A stretch of DNA of 64,000 bases. It comes from Myxococcota bacterium (GTDB lineage Bacteria > Myxococcota > XYA12-FULL-58-9 > JABJBS01). The notes below the pieces were generated by a model that saw only the letters and a program-made list of their open reading frames with translations, ran no database searches and was not told where the DNA came from. Location: NCBI GenBank assembly GCA_036230545.1, contig JAZAIZ010000350.1, forward strand, positions 653-64,652, given 5' to 3'. Shown here piece after piece: positions 55,511 to 64,000 of this stretch (position 1 is the first letter of the stretch; every line of letters begins with the position of its first letter). A program made the translations under genes and the position numbers.

Positions 55511-57544
55511 ATGAAAATCTCAAAAGTTGCAGTTGTTGGAGCCGGAAACATGGGCTCTGGAATCGCTCAAAAAATCGCCACGGAGGGTTTCTCCGTGCTG
55601 CTGGTGGACTCCGACGCGGAGCGCGCGGCTGGTGGAAAAGCCAAAATCGCCGCGCTTCTGGGGGAGGCCCTTGAGCGCAGGATCTTTAGTGAGGCTCAGG
55701 TGGAAGAGATCCTTGGGCGGATTCACCCCACTGGCGCCCTTGAGGACGTCGCCGGGGTCGACTTGGTGATCGAGGCGATCTTCGAAGATTTGGACGTCAA
55801 GCGGGGTCTCTTTGAGCGCCTGAGCGGCATCTGCCGGGAGGACACGATCTTCGCGACCAACACGAGCTCCTTTCTGGTGGCGGACATCGCCAGCGCCGTC
55901 TCTCGCCCCGAGCGTATGATTGGGTTGCATTATTTCTATCACCCCGCGAAGAATCGCCTGGTGGAGGTCATTGGCCACGCCGGGTCCGATCAGGCGGTGG
56001 TGGATGCCGCCTGGGCGTTTCAGGAGAAGGTCGGCAAGACCCCCATCGCCTCCACGGACGCGCCTGGCTTTGTGGTCAATCGCTTCTTTGTCCCCTGGTT
56101 AAACGAGGCGGTGCGGCTGCACGAGGAGGGGATCTCCATCGCTACCATCGAAGCGGCGGCCAAAGATTCCTTTGGCGTTGGCATGGGGCCCTTTGAGTTG
56201 ATGAACGTCACAGGTGTTCCGATCACCCTGCACGCCACTGCGTCGTTGGGGGAAAGCCTCGGTGCGTTTTATCAAAGCGCTGAGAGTCTGGGCCCGCAGG
56301 TCAGATTCGGAGAAGATTGGTCGCTTGAGGGCAAGGCCGATCCCGGGGCGTTTCCGATGGTCAGCGATCGCCTCTGGGGTGTGGTGTTTCACGTCGCTGC
56401 CCGGCTGGTGGAGGAGGGCGTGAGCACTCCCGAAGACACCGACATCGGCGCCAGGGTTGGATTGCGCTGGCCGGTGGGGCCCTTTGAGAAAATGAACGAG
56501 ATGGGGCTGAACCACTCCTGCAGCGTCGCCGCCGCGGTGGAGGCCATCTATGAGCTTGAGGCCGTGCCGCTTTTGACCGCCCAGGCAGATCTCGACAAGC
56601 CCTTTGCGCTGCGCCGGGTGATGTTGGAGGTGCGTGATGGCGTGGGGCATATTACCCTCAACCGCCCCGACCAGCTCAACGCCATTGATCCCGAGACCGT
56701 GGAGCAGCTTGAGGCGTGCCTGGAGGAGGCAGAGCAGGATCCTGGGGTGCGGGGGATCGTCATTGGTGGGGCGGGCAAGGCCTTTGTGGCCGGGGCGGAC
56801 GTGAAGTTCTTCGTGGACAAAATCTCCATCGACGCTGTCTCCGATGTGGTGGACTTCGCCGCAAATGGTCAGCGGGTTTACCGTCGCATCGAGACGTGCT
56901 CCAAGCCGGTGGTCTGTCGTCTGGACGGGCTGGCCCTTGGGGGCGGGGCCGAGCTGGCGCTGGCCTGTCACGCCATTGTCGCGACGCCCAAAGCGGTCAT
57001 GGGGTTTCCGGAGACGGGGATCGGAATCTACCCCGGCCTCGGTGGCACCCAGCGGCTGACTCGGCGTTTGGGCAAGGGGCTGGCGCGTTACTTTCTCTAC
57101 ACCGGCGCTATCCTGAGCGCCAAAGAACTCTCGGATTGGAAGATCGCCTGGAAGGTGGTCCCCGTCGACGAACTCGAGAGCGCGCTCTTGAGCGCTCTTG
57201 AGGAAGCGCCTTTTCAACAGTCCCTTGGAAAGGGCGCCCTCGAGGACACCTGGAGTCACGTGGCTGGTTTTCTGGAGTCGGTGTCGCTGGAGGAGCTTCG
57301 CGGGGGTGAGGTGGCCGAGCCAGAGGCGTTGGGCGCGTTGAAATTCAGCAAGAAGGTCGGATTTAAGGCCCCCGGTAGCCTGCGCTGGGTGGAGAACCTG
57401 ACGGAGATCGCGTCCACGGGCGCACACGAAGAGGGGCTCCTGGCCGAGACCGAGGGCCTCTCGGAGATTTTCAGCTCCAAAGACGCCCTCGAAGGGCTGA
57501 GCTCGGTGCTGGAGCGCCGCCGCCCTGCATTTATTGGTCAGTAA
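55511..57544 (+). CDS. Bifunctional 3-hydroxyacyl-CoA dehydrogenase (N-terminal) / enoyl-CoA hydratase (C-terminal), FadN-like
   Basis: N-terminal NAD Rossmann VAVVGAGNMGSGIA with the 3HCDH C-domain. C-terminal crotonase fold ITLNRPDQLNAI...GAGKAFVAGADVKFF. The domain order is the reverse of FadB. Confidence 0.9.
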   Translation: MKISKVAVVGAGNMGSGIAQKIATEGFSVLLVDSDAERAAGGKAKIAALLGEALERRIFSEAQVEEILGRIHPTGALEDVAGVDLVIEAIFEDLDVKRGLFERLSGICREDTIFATNTSSFLVADIASAVSRPERMIGLHYFYHPAKNRLVEVIGHAGSDQAVVDAAWAFQEKVGKTPIASTDAPGFVVNRFFVPWLNEAVRLHEEGISIATIEAAAKDSFGVGMGPFELMNVTGVPITLHATASLGESLGAFYQSAESLGPQVRFGEDWSLEGKADPGAFPMVSDRLWGVVFHVAARLVEEGVSTPEDTDIGARVGLRWPVGPFEKMNEMGLNHSCSVAAAVEAIYELEAVPLLTAQADLDKPFALRRVMLEVRDGVGHITLNRPDQLNAIDPETVEQLEACLEEAEQDPGVRGIVIGGAGKAFVAGADVKFFVDKISIDAVSDVVDFAANGQRVYRRIETCSKPVVCRLDGLALGGGAELALACHAIVATPKAVMGFPETGIGIYPGLGGTQRLTRRLGKGLARYFLYTGAILSAKELSDWKIAWKVVPVDELESALLSALEEAPFQQSLGKGALEDTWSHVAGFLESVSLEELRGGEVAEPEALGALKFSKKVGFKAPGSLRWVENLTEIASTGAHEEGLLAETEGLSEIFSSKDALEGLSSVLERRRPAFIGQ

Positions 57545-57720
57545 TTTCAAAGAGCTGGCACGAATTTAAGGCTTTTGGCCCCATGGGTTACACCCTCTCC
57601 TGAATTTGATATACCTCATCTTCAGATGAAGGCTCTTGACGTCATTCGTTGCAGGATGGTGTCGCAATCAATACCAGGCGACCTGGCCGGAGGGGCGTCG
57701 TTGCTTGAAAGGGGTGTGCT

Positions 57721-60117
57721 TTGAAGATGACTCCCAAACAGGTGTTGGCTTTGTTTCTGATGCTCGGGCCGCTTGCTTGCGCGACCGGCGAGGGGAGGTC
57801 GGGGTGCGCGGGGGGATGCAGCGGCGAAGTCTCCTATCCCTACACTCGTCCGGGGGCGACCCTCACCGACAAAGCCCTGCGTTTGAGGATCACCGAGGCC
57901 GGGCTGGATGGCCTCGGCGCGGCGCTTCCCGCTCTGCTGAAGGCCTCCTGTCAAACCAGCGATGGTGATTTGAGCGCCGCCTGTGAGATCTCCCCCACCA
58001 ACCCTTCAGTAGCACGCTTCTACCTGGGATCTCCCTGCGCTCCGGTGGAAGGCGATGTCAGTCTTGGCTTCACCAGCGCTGGCGTTGAGGTGCGGTCCGG
58101 GCCCTGCGGCGGTGTGGAGTATCATCGCTCCTCGGTGGGGATTGACCTCGAATCTCTGGCGAACAACCTGCACCTGAACCTCGTTCAGGACACCAACGGG
58201 GAGGGGATTGAGGTGGTGGTGGGCTGCGAAGACCCCACCGACTGCGACGACGAAGATTATGCCAAGTTCTCCCTCGACACGGTGGTGAATTTTCGGACCT
58301 TCGGGGCGAACAACTCCTGTGAGATTCGCGATGACAGCCCGTCCGAAGCCGGCGTGGTTGTGCGCTCGTTTCGAACGGTGTTGCGTCCAAGGATTGAGCG
58401 GGACGCTCGAGGCAACGCTCTGCTGGTGATGGAGCCGGACGATGTCTCGGCAGGGGATGTCGATCTTGATTTTAATTTTGGGCTCTGGGAAGCCAGCGAT
58501 GATCCCGCCTGTCCCAACAGCTGCTACGCATTTTGCTCCCTGGGGGGCGCCCTCAGTGAGGCTGTGGAGTTTTTTCTTGAGCAGCGCCTGCTCGCGACCT
58601 TTCTCTCGGAGATGATCGCAGACCTGGTCGGCAGCGGCCTCAAGGACACCAGCCTCGATGCAACCGGGGAGATGGAACTCCCGACCATGCTGGGGACCCA
58701 GGACCGCCGCAGCAACCCCATGAGTTTTGTGGTTGGTCCCAACCAGGATTCTCCGGATGTGACCGGGTTTAGCGGGGCGCGGGGGCTCAACTTTGACCTC
58801 GATGTGGGGTTTTGGGCCGAGCGCTCGGCCTGCGTACCCCGGGTGAATCCGCCCTCGGGGGTGTTGCCGCCGCCGGTGGATCCGGGGGCGATGGTTTGGG
58901 CGCCAGATCCGGTCACGGGGCTCTTCCAGTGGGAGCCCTTTGATGCGGCCCTGCTGTTGGGGGATGTGAGCCTGTCTCGAATGGCCTACGAGCTCTTTGA
59001 CTCGGGGAACCTCTGTGTGCCTCTGACTCCGGCGTTGATGGAAGAGGCCACCGAGGGGGCGTTTAGTCCTAATGTGCAAATGGTGAGCCTGCTCGCTCCG
59101 GGCATCGCCGCCCTCGCGCCCGGAGACACTCCGGTGCTTTTGGCCCTGGCGCCGAATCGCCCCATGGAGTTTCGTTTTGGGGACGGCGCAGCCCGCGGTA
59201 GCCATGTTCAGGTTACCTGGTCGAGGCTGGAGGTGGAGATTTACCCTCTGCTCGATGATACGTTTCAGCGGGCGCTCTCTTTTTCGGTGGATGTGAAGGC
59301 GAGCCTCTCTCTTGAGCCCACCCCCACGGGCAATATTCAGGTGATGGTCGATGACCTGCTGCTGGGAAATGTTCGCGCCACCTACAATGAGATGGGGACG
59401 CGCTTTGATCCCCGGGCCATTGAAGATCTGGTGGAGACCTTTCTGCCCATCGTGCTGCAGGGGGGCAATCTCACCGAGATTGATCTCTCGTCCGCCGCCC
59501 TGGGGCTGCCGGTGGTCCCCAAGCTTCGAGCGGTTCAACTCGAGGGCGACTCGGAGCGCTACCTGGGGATTTATCTGCGGCTCTGTGTTGCGGGCGCCCT
59601 GGACGATCCGGACAACCCGCTCTGCTACGAGGGCGACTCGGCGAGTCGCCGGGAAGGGCAGGCCCGCGTCGCCGCGGGGGGCCCAGGGGCCCTTCCGGGC
59701 TCCCTGATCCTTGAGGTCGATGAGCCCGGGATGGAGCTGGCCTGGCGTGTGGACGGGGGGCTGTGGAACGCCTTTCGACCTGCGGACGCCGACTCCCTGC
59801 ATCGCTTTACGGTGCGAAGTGGCGCGTTGCGATGGCCCGGTGAGCACAGCGTTGAGGTCATGACCCGGCCGGTGGGGCATTCCCTGCAGTGGTCGGAGCC
59901 GACGCGTTTGCGATGGCTGGTGGAGGCCGGTAATGCGCCCGCGCAGTGGGAGTTCCCCACTCCACGGGTTGATTTGCCGGAAGTCGTCACGTTTTCTGGC
60001 ACCGCGTCGGAGCTCGCGGCCCCATCCGGGTGCAGCGGTCTTGGCGGCGGGGGAGGCCTCTGGGTGGTGTGGCTCGGGCTGGGCGCGCTGGCGCGCCGGC
60101 GGGCTCGGAGGGCCTGA
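57721..60117 (+). CDS. Large Cys-rich secreted protein with N-terminal lipobox and C-terminal MYXO-CTERM-like sorting signal
   Basis: N-terminus MKMTPKQVLALFLMLGPLACATGEG (lipobox LAC). The C-terminus ...APSGCSGLGGGGGLWVVWLGLGALARRRARRA has the Gly/Cys motif, a hydrophobic helix and an Arg cluster, the architecture of MYXO-CTERM sorting tags. Multiple paired Cys in the body. Confidence 0.7.
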   Translation: MKMTPKQVLALFLMLGPLACATGEGRSGCAGGCSGEVSYPYTRPGATLTDKALRLRITEAGLDGLGAALPALLKASCQTSDGDLSAACEISPTNPSVARFYLGSPCAPVEGDVSLGFTSAGVEVRSGPCGGVEYHRSSVGIDLESLANNLHLNLVQDTNGEGIEVVVGCEDPTDCDDEDYAKFSLDTVVNFRTFGANNSCEIRDDSPSEAGVVVRSFRTVLRPRIERDARGNALLVMEPDDVSAGDVDLDFNFGLWEASDDPACPNSCYAFCSLGGALSEAVEFFLEQRLLATFLSEMIADLVGSGLKDTSLDATGEMELPTMLGTQDRRSNPMSFVVGPNQDSPDVTGFSGARGLNFDLDVGFWAERSACVPRVNPPSGVLPPPVDPGAMVWAPDPVTGLFQWEPFDAALLLGDVSLSRMAYELFDSGNLCVPLTPALMEEATEGAFSPNVQMVSLLAPGIAALAPGDTPVLLALAPNRPMEFRFGDGAARGSHVQVTWSRLEVEIYPLLDDTFQRALSFSVDVKASLSLEPTPTGNIQVMVDDLLLGNVRATYNEMGTRFDPRAIEDLVETFLPIVLQGGNLTEIDLSSAALGLPVVPKLRAVQLEGDSERYLGIYLRLCVAGALDDPDNPLCYEGDSASRREGQARVAAGGPGALPGSLILEVDEPGMELAWRVDGGLWNAFRPADADSLHRFTVRSGALRWPGEHSVEVMTRPVGHSLQWSEPTRLRWLVEAGNAPAQWEFPTPRVDLPEVVTFSGTASELAAPSGCSGLGGGGGLWVVWLGLGALARRRARRA

Positions 60118-60192
60118 CCTTTCGGGGAGAGAAGCGCTCGCCAGTGCCCGGGGAATTGACGTGCCCGGGATAGGAATGCGATAAGCGCTGCT

Positions 60193-62874
60193 ATGAAACT
60201 CTGGTACGGATTTAAGAATGGCCACGCGGACGGGGACCGGTCCATGGGGCATGTGTTGGGCGGAAAAGGCGCTAATCTCGCGGAGATGTGCGCCCTGGGG
60301 GTTCCGGTTCCCCCTGGGTTTACCCTGCCCACGGCTCTGTGCGCGCGCTATCGTGACGCTGGTGGAGCGTTGGATGCGAACGTAGAGGGGGCCATCGCGG
60401 AGGGGCTCGCCTTTATTGAGGAAGATATGCAGGGACCGCGTTTTGGGGATCCCGCTGAGCCCTTGCTGGTGTCGGTTCGTTCCGGAGCGGCGCAGTCCAT
60501 GCCGGGGATGATGGACACCGTTCTTAACGTGGGGTTGACCGATGCCACCGTGGAGGGGCTGGCGAGCGTCAGTGGCAATCGCCGCTTTGCCCTCGACTCC
60601 TATCGGCGGCTTATTCAAATGTACGGTGACGTCGTGTGCGGGGTGAAGCGCGAGGTGCTCGAGGAGCCGCTGCGATCCCTGAAGGCCGAGCAGGGAATTG
60701 CGTTGGACCGGGATTTGACCGAAGCGCATCTTGAGGGATTGATCACCGAGCTTCAGTCGATCTTCGCCGCAGAGGTGGGGGAGGCCTTTCCTCAGGATCC
60801 TCACGAGCAGCTGCGTCAGGCGGTGGCGGCGGTGTTTGGCAGTTGGCAGACCAAGCGGGCGGTGGTGTATCGTCGGCTGAATAAGATCCCCGACGAGTGG
60901 GGCACTGCGGCCAACATTCAGGCCATGGTGTTTGGTAACTATGGGGCTGACTCCGCCACGGGGGTGGCCTTCAGTCGCAACCCCTCCACCGGGGTGAAGG
61001 CGGTGCTGGGGGAGTGGCTGCCCAACGCCCAGGGGGAAGATGTGGTGGCGGGGATCCGCACGCCGGGCCCGGTAGATAAAGTGTCCGCATCGGGAGGCGA
61101 GTCGGAGGTGGGGGCCCTTGAGGACGAACTGCCCGAGACCTACCGCTCCCTGCTGGAGGTGATGGCCCGGCTCGAGACGCACTTCAGGGATATTCAGGAT
61201 ATTGAGTTTACTGTTCAGGCAGGCACCCTCTACCTGCTGCAGACCCGGAGCGCGAAACGAACCGCTGCGTCGGCGTTGCGCACGGCGGTGGAGATGGTGG
61301 AGGAGGGGCTCATTACTCGCCAGGAAGCTCTCAGGCGGGTGACCCCCGAGCAGATTGACCAGCTTTTGCATCCACAGCTGGATCCCGAGGCTCCCAAAAC
61401 GCTCCTGGCCACCGGTTTGCCGGCGTCTCCGGGGGCGGCCAGCGGCAAGGTGGTGATCAGCGCCGATCAGGCCGAGAAGCTGGCGGAGCAGGGGCAGGAG
61501 TTGATCCTGGTTCGACATGAGACGAGCCCTGAGGATATTCACGGGATGCACGCAGCGAAGGGGATCCTCACGGCGACCGGAGGCATGACCTCCCACGCTG
61601 CGGTGGTCGCTCGGGGGATGGGGCGGCCCTGTGTGGCAGGGTGTCAGGGCGTGAACATCGTGGAGAAGGCCGGTCGGATCCTGGTTCAGAACGGCGAACA
61701 GGAGTACATGCTTCGCGAGGGGGATGAGATCACCATCGACGGTGGCACCGGCGCGGTTTATCTGGGGCGGGTGCCCACGGTTCAGGCTGAGCTTTCGAAC
61801 CACTTTGCGACCTTCATGGGGTGGGCAGATGAGCAGCGGGCCCTGGGGGTTCGAGCCAACGCTGACACCCCCCGGGACGCGGCGGTGGCGGTGCGATTGG
61901 GAGCCGAGGGGATTGGCCTGTGTCGCACTGAGCACATGTTCTTCGCGCCGGACCGCATCCGGGCCATGCGCCAGATGATTCTCTCAGAGAGTGAGGATGA
62001 CCGACGTCGTGCCCTGGATAAATTAGGGCCCATGCAGCGCCAGGATTTTGAGGAGATTTTTCAGATCATGGGAGAGCGCCCCGTGACCATTCGCCTCCTC
62101 GATCCTCCCCTGCACGAGTTTTTGCCCCAGTCCCCCGAGGAGATCGGCGCGATCGCCCAGGACATGGGGGTCTCCCGTCAGGCCCTGCGGCAAAAGGCCG
62201 AGTCCCTGCATGAGTTCAACCCCATGCTCGGGCACCGGGGCTGTCGGCTGAGCCTCTCCTATCCGGAGATTGTAGAGATGCAGGTACGGGCGGTGCTGGA
62301 GGCGGCTTGCTTTGTGGCCTCGGAGGGGGGCCTGGTGCAACCGGAGATTATGGTCCCCTTGGTGATGAACCCTGAAGAGCTCAAGCGGATTCGGGCTCGT
62401 ATTGAAGAGATCGCCGAGGACGTCTTTGCCCGGGCCGGGCGCTCGGTGGCGTTTTTGATTGGGACGATGATCGAGCTCCCTCGCGCGGCCCTCGTAGCGG
62501 ACGAGATCGCCGAATATGCGGACTTTTTCAGTTATGGTACCAACGATCTGACCCAGACCACCATGGGGCTGTCCCGGGATGATTCCGGGAGCTTTTTGAC
62601 CGGCTACATCACCCACGGGGTGGTGCCGGGAGATCCCTTTGCCAGCATTGACCGGAAGGGGGTCGGGAAGTTGGTGGAGATGGGCACGGAGCTTGGGCGC
62701 AGGGCCCGACCGGCCTTGAAGGTGGGGATTTGCGGAGAGCACGGGGGTGATCCCAGCTCCATCGCCTTCTTTGCCGAGACGGGACTGGATTATGTCAGCT
62801 GCTCGCCCTATCGCCTGCCTGTGGCACGCCTGGCGGCGGCCTGGGCCGCCCTGGAGGCCGAAGCGAAGCAGTAG
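60193..62874 (+). CDS. ppdK: Pyruvate, phosphate dikinase
   Basis: N-terminal ATP-grasp (MGHVLGGKGANLAEM), central phosphohistidine domain (GGMTSHAAVVARGMG) and C-terminal PEP-utilising TIM barrel (GICGEHGGDPSS). 893 aa. Confidence 0.95.
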   Translation: MKLWYGFKNGHADGDRSMGHVLGGKGANLAEMCALGVPVPPGFTLPTALCARYRDAGGALDANVEGAIAEGLAFIEEDMQGPRFGDPAEPLLVSVRSGAAQSMPGMMDTVLNVGLTDATVEGLASVSGNRRFALDSYRRLIQMYGDVVCGVKREVLEEPLRSLKAEQGIALDRDLTEAHLEGLITELQSIFAAEVGEAFPQDPHEQLRQAVAAVFGSWQTKRAVVYRRLNKIPDEWGTAANIQAMVFGNYGADSATGVAFSRNPSTGVKAVLGEWLPNAQGEDVVAGIRTPGPVDKVSASGGESEVGALEDELPETYRSLLEVMARLETHFRDIQDIEFTVQAGTLYLLQTRSAKRTAASALRTAVEMVEEGLITRQEALRRVTPEQIDQLLHPQLDPEAPKTLLATGLPASPGAASGKVVISADQAEKLAEQGQELILVRHETSPEDIHGMHAAKGILTATGGMTSHAAVVARGMGRPCVAGCQGVNIVEKAGRILVQNGEQEYMLREGDEITIDGGTGAVYLGRVPTVQAELSNHFATFMGWADEQRALGVRANADTPRDAAVAVRLGAEGIGLCRTEHMFFAPDRIRAMRQMILSESEDDRRRALDKLGPMQRQDFEEIFQIMGERPVTIRLLDPPLHEFLPQSPEEIGAIAQDMGVSRQALRQKAESLHEFNPMLGHRGCRLSLSYPEIVEMQVRAVLEAACFVASEGGLVQPEIMVPLVMNPEELKRIRARIEEIAEDVFARAGRSVAFLIGTMIELPRAALVADEIAEYADFFSYGTNDLTQTTMGLSRDDSGSFLTGYITHGVVPGDPFASIDRKGVGKLVEMGTELGRRARPALKVGICGEHGGDPSSIAFFAETGLDYVSCSPYRLPVARLAAAWAALEAEAKQ

Positions 62875-62957
62875 CCCCATTCCATTGAGGTTTTGGGACA
62901 ATTGGGGTATGGCCTGCACAAGTGCGAGTGTCCTTTGACAACAAACGAGGTAGAATC

Positions 62958-64000
62958 ATGCGCGATATGGGTTGGTGCCGACTGAAGTCGGTAGCCCGAC
63001 GAGGTCTCTTGCTGGGGTTGGTGTGCCTGATGGCGCTCTCCTGCAATGAGGAGTTGAACGGAGAGACCGCTCCGGACAAGGACTTCTATTTTCCGGTGAA
63101 TCTCGAAGTGGCTGATTCGCGTTTCGTTTTTGTCCTCAACTCCAACTTCGACCAGCGCTACAACAGCGGGTGGGTGCAGGTGTTGGATCTCCAGGGGATC
63201 ACCGAGGACGCCCCTCAAGGCGACGCCCTGCTTTCCCGCAAAGAGGGGGGGCAACTGCGGGTGCTCTCCCTGGGAGGCGATCTGGCGCTTGACCGTTCGG
63301 AGAACCCACGTAAGCTCATCGTGTCCCACCGGGGCAGCGGGACCCTCTCGGAGATTAACCTGAGCTCGGTGGATGGCGGGGTGGCCATGGAGTGCGGTGA
63401 CCCCGAGGCTGTCGAGGGCCTGGGATTTTCTGAGCAGCTCACCGATTGTGATCGGGACCATCTCTTTATTCTCAGCGACCATCTGCCGGAGGAGGCCCTC
63501 AGCGCGGCCGACGTTCGGGACCCCTTCGCCCTGACATTCTTTAATCACCAGGAGCGCCTGCAGCTTGGCCTGGGCTTTTTGAATCTTGAGCGGCTCTTCA
63601 CCTTTGATATCGATCCCACGGCGTCGATCTGGCTTGGGGAGCCCGGCCAGACCAAGCTGGGGGCGGGGACCCAATCGGGTACCGAATCGCTGCTTTTGGT
63701 GTCGCCGGACGCGGTGGCGGGAGAGGCCCCTTTTTTGACCGCTACGGGCAACGAAAAGTCCTTTATTTACAACGTCGAACTCGACAAAGTTGAGAGTGAG
63801 GACGAGGAGGCGGTGAGCCGCTTCAGCGTCAACTCCACCGCTGCGGGGCTGGAGCTTGTGGACATGGTCTTCTCCAAGGGGGATCCTTCCCGCGCCTATG
63901 TGGTCACCAACAGGCCGGGGTCGGTGGTGGCCCTGGAGGTGGTGATGCGCAGCGAGGAGGTGATGCAGGGGGACGGCTCCTACAAACGCGAGCGGCGGCC
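62958..64000 (+). CDS. Hypothetical lipoprotein, possibly beta-propeller-like; CDS continues beyond window end
   Basis: MRDMGWCRLKSVARRGLLLGLVCLMALSCNEE is a signal peptide with lipobox (LSC). Open to position 64000. Absent from the ORF track because it has no in-window stop. Confidence 0.5.
   Translation, partial: MRDMGWCRLKSVARRGLLLGLVCLMALSCNEELNGETAPDKDFYFPVNLEVADSRFVFVLNSNFDQRYNSGWVQVLDLQGITEDAPQGDALLSRKEGGQLRVLSLGGDLALDRSENPRKLIVSHRGSGTLSEINLSSVDGGVAMECGDPEAVEGLGFSEQLTDCDRDHLFILSDHLPEEALSAADVRDPFALTFFNHQERLQLGLGFLNLERLFTFDIDPTASIWLGEPGQTKLGAGTQSGTESLLLVSPDAVAGEAPFLTATGNEKSFIYNVELDKVESEDEEAVSRFSVNSTAAGLELVDMVFSKGDPSRAYVVTNRPGSVVALEVVMRSEEVMQGDGSYKRERR

Noticed and set aside
58006-61935. 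1309-aa minus-strand ORF spanning two genes
   Set aside because: It runs antisense across both the MYXO-CTERM protein gene and ppdK. The plus-strand genes have a signal peptide, sorting tag and PPDK motifs. The minus-strand translation is Arg/Pro/His-rich nonsense.
1-64000. CRISPR arrays, transposases/IS elements, toxin-antitoxin pairs, restriction-modification or other canonical defence systems
   Set aside because: I scanned both strands for tandem direct repeats with unique spacers, DDE/HUH transposase motifs, nuclease/helicase/ATPase clusters and small overlapping gene pairs. None were found. The only repeats are the TGGATAACCC pair, homopolymer tracts and the low-complexity rne tail.

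Overview
High-GC (about 65%) bacterial chromosomal segment. One protein ends in a MYXO-CTERM-like sorting signal and many predicted proteins carry lipoboxes, so the source is probably a Myxococcota-type organism. Most of the window is core housekeeping. Recognisable core genes are a YbiT-like ABC-F ATPase, 6-phosphogluconolactonase, gltB-gltD glutamate synthase, SulP transporter, acetyl-CoA synthetase, threonine aldolase, glutathione reductase, a translationally coupled iscS-mnmA-rnc-era-der operon, RNase E, YfgM-like/BamB-like pair, fused hydantoinase/oxoprolinase, FadN-like HAD/ECH fusion and pyruvate phosphate dikinase. There is one tRNA-Arg(CCU) with a textbook sigma70 promoter. Three stretches look accessory or novel. 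(1) A lower-GC module at about 2.9-6.4 kb holds a Cys-rich lipoprotein, a Pro-rich/coiled-coil protein and a truncated eukaryotic-like kinase. (2) At 21.8-25 kb an ECF sigma/anti-sigma operon is followed by a GC-poor 535-bp leader and a small protein combining an AT-hook-like motif, a Cys cluster and a sigma-70 region-4 helix-turn-helix. (3) At 25-34 kb a polysaccharide-biosynthesis locus has a priming phosphoglycosyltransferase, GT2 and GT4 glycosyltransferases, an NlpC/P60 peptidase fused to a putative outer-membrane beta-barrel, and a GtrB/ArnC-like GT2 translationally coupled to an arginase-fold hydrolase. No CRISPR arrays, transposases, integrases or canonical defence systems were seen. 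Many long ORFs in the six-frame track are antisense artefacts of high GC. Positions I read from the sequence text may be off by 1-2 nt relative to the ORF-track coordinates.
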